Source: Tilletiaria anomala UBC 951
Taxonomy: Eukaryota
Assembly (NCBI RefSeq): GCF_000711695.1
Contig: NW_013547017.1
Coordinates: forward strand, 186,001-250,000
Reading direction: 5' to 3'
DNA: 64,000 nucleotides
The position numbers and the translations under genes were made by a program. The notes under the pieces were generated by a model, which made no database searches, was not told the origin of the DNA, and saw only the letters and a program-made list of their open reading frames with translations. This document shows, piece after piece, positions 62,284 through 64,000 of the stretch. Within the stretch, counting starts at the first letter, position 1. Each line of letters starts with the position of its first letter.

Positions 62284-63860
62284 ATGCAACAGCGAATCAC
62301 GTCCGTTTTTGACCCTTGCACCGCAGAGGAACTCGTGCACCTCGCCCGCCCTGATGACGGCGGGCCAGAATCACATTTGACATCCGTCATAGCCTCGCAG
62401 GCCATGCTTTACTTTCGCAGCTTTCGACTCGAGGTGTTGAATAACGGCTCCCGTGGCGGATGGCCCTTCCCAATTGATGTTCTCACGTCGATAACCTCAT
62501 TGACTGTTGTATCCGGGCGTGCCTAAGTGCTGCGAAAGGTGACATGATGCGGAAAGAGTCGACACCCGCTCAGGCGGAGGCGAACCATTCAAGGGACCGC
62601 TCCCATCGTCTAGTCCTCCTCAATCTCCCGAGTTAGTGTACAATCCCACAACGGAGGTAATCAAGTGCAGGGATCCCCTAGAGTTCTAAATCGGTACCCA
62701 CATCAGACTGATAACATCGTCCCATTGTCTTAATCCCCTTGGGCACCCTGTGTAGAGACCAGGAATGTGTCGATCAAGTCTATGCACAGCTCTCACCTCA
62801 AGCACAAGAACAACGGTCAGATCAAGTTGTACAAGGCTCTGAGATTTGTGAAGTTCCTGGGGGTGCCGACGCTGACGAGATGCTCCGACCAAATCGGCTG
62901 CCTCCTAACCTTTGGCTAGCTCGCCTAGCCGTGGCGTTGGAGATCAAGAGTCGGACTAAATCTATCGAACAGGAGTGGCCCAGCAAGGTTCCCACTCGAA
63001 GGGCGAAGGTGAAGCAGCATTCAATCCGCATCCACAAGAGTGATTCTCCACGGAAGAGCTACATCATCTGCAAGAGCAGGAGGTAATCAACAGAGATCGT
63101 GAGCATCGCCAAGAGCCCGGTTCTATCAGGAAGCTGGAGGTCGCCAAAACCCCCACAGCTGCTTTCGAACAGTCCCCTGCGGTAAATGACACTACCAAAA
63201 GCGACAGCAGTAACCTTGCAACTCTCAGCAAAGTTGATGATTCATTGTCATCCCAAGAATGCGATGAAGGCGGCCACAACAGCCACGACGTCCCGGAGAG
63301 CGATGAACAAAGTGGAAGCCGCACGGGCAGTGACAGGGATAGGAAGATTGATAGCAGTAGCATAGGAGATGTTGAAGAGCTTTCTGGAGACAGTTTAGAC
63401 GCGAAGACAAGCTCTCAATGGCTCCGTGTCAGCATAAAGCGCCGAAAGCGATCCTACGGCGGCTCTGAGGACGATCTTGAATCGGAGGCGGCTAGTGACC
63501 CGGACTCGGAAGACGAGACTGAGAAGCTTCCTACACGGTGCCAGCAATCTTTGCCACCGTCAACGCCAACGTATAGCAAATACGCAGGACTTATTGGCGA
63601 CACGTTTCACCTCTATGAGGACGAGCAGGCAAACGGTAAGAAAACAAGCGCTTAGAAGAACGCCTAATACAACGGATGCACGCTGCCACTTTGACTGGAA
63701 TTGCAGCATTCTCGTGTTAGTCCGCCTTGGAACAGAGCGGCGATTGCACGATTCGGTCACACGACGTCAAAGACGTAACTAGAGGTTTTATGCTTCAGGA
63801 TTCGCTACCCTTTCGGACCAGGACGAATGCGAGCAGCTTGGATCTTCTTCACAATTTTAG
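62284..63860 (+). pseudogene. Uncharacterised or degenerate gene with an acidic/Ser-rich segment
   Basis: An open frame at about 63044-63655 encodes D/E/S-rich sequence with KRRKRS and ends at a GTAAG donor. Upstream fragments are interrupted by stops or frame changes. No family recognised. Confidence 0.3.
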
Positions 63861-64000
63861 CCCACTCGTCGCGGCGAGTTGGCTTGCGAGAAGAGGTACA
63901 GGAAACTCTCCACCGGCTCTCGAAGCCTGGATGCTTATGACGGGAAGGGATCTGTCAGAAGCGTATTATGCCATTCTGTGCACACATCCTCACAGCGCCC

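Noticed and set aside
1..64000. CRISPR arrays, rRNA, snRNA, intact transposons, prokaryotic operon features
   Set aside because: No repeat-spacer arrays, rRNA/snRNA signatures, transposase/RT motifs or terminal repeats recognised; the sequence is eukaryotic.

Overview
Eukaryotic, intron-rich fungal genomic DNA. Short GT-AG introns with CTRAY-like branch points and the gene content point to a basidiomycete, most likely Ustilaginomycotina; that placement is inference. The window is a gene-dense housekeeping region of about 22 genes, many of which must be spliced by hand from the ORF track. In order: a conserved-looking gene truncated at the left edge and missed by the track; PHO91 SPX phosphate transporter; HUS1; ADY2/GPR1 acetate transporter; an ankyrin protein; an OSR1/Fray-like STE20 kinase; an LRR protein; a DUF4203-like membrane protein; arginase; eIF3h; a probable CENP-P/Ctf19; complex I 75-kDa subunit; a mitochondria-targeted bacterial-type Fe-S L-serine dehydratase; complex I ESSS subunit; a tandem-PH protein; an omega-like GST; PCM1/AGM1; a membrane-anchored beta-rich protein; LSM5; a secreted GPI-type alpha/beta hydrolase; and a C2H2 protein. 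No CRISPR, rRNA, convincing tRNA or intact transposon was seen. Best leads: (1) an ORF-free, heavily base-paired segment at about 24060-24600 with a telomere-template-like CCCTAACCCT and a possible pseudoknot; (2) the serine dehydratase, whose C-terminal Cys sits on a two-codon terminal coding exon and which lies between two complex I genes; (3) a probable CENP-P; (4) a structured long intron in the ESSS gene; (5) an AUG-less in-frame extension upstream of PHO91.
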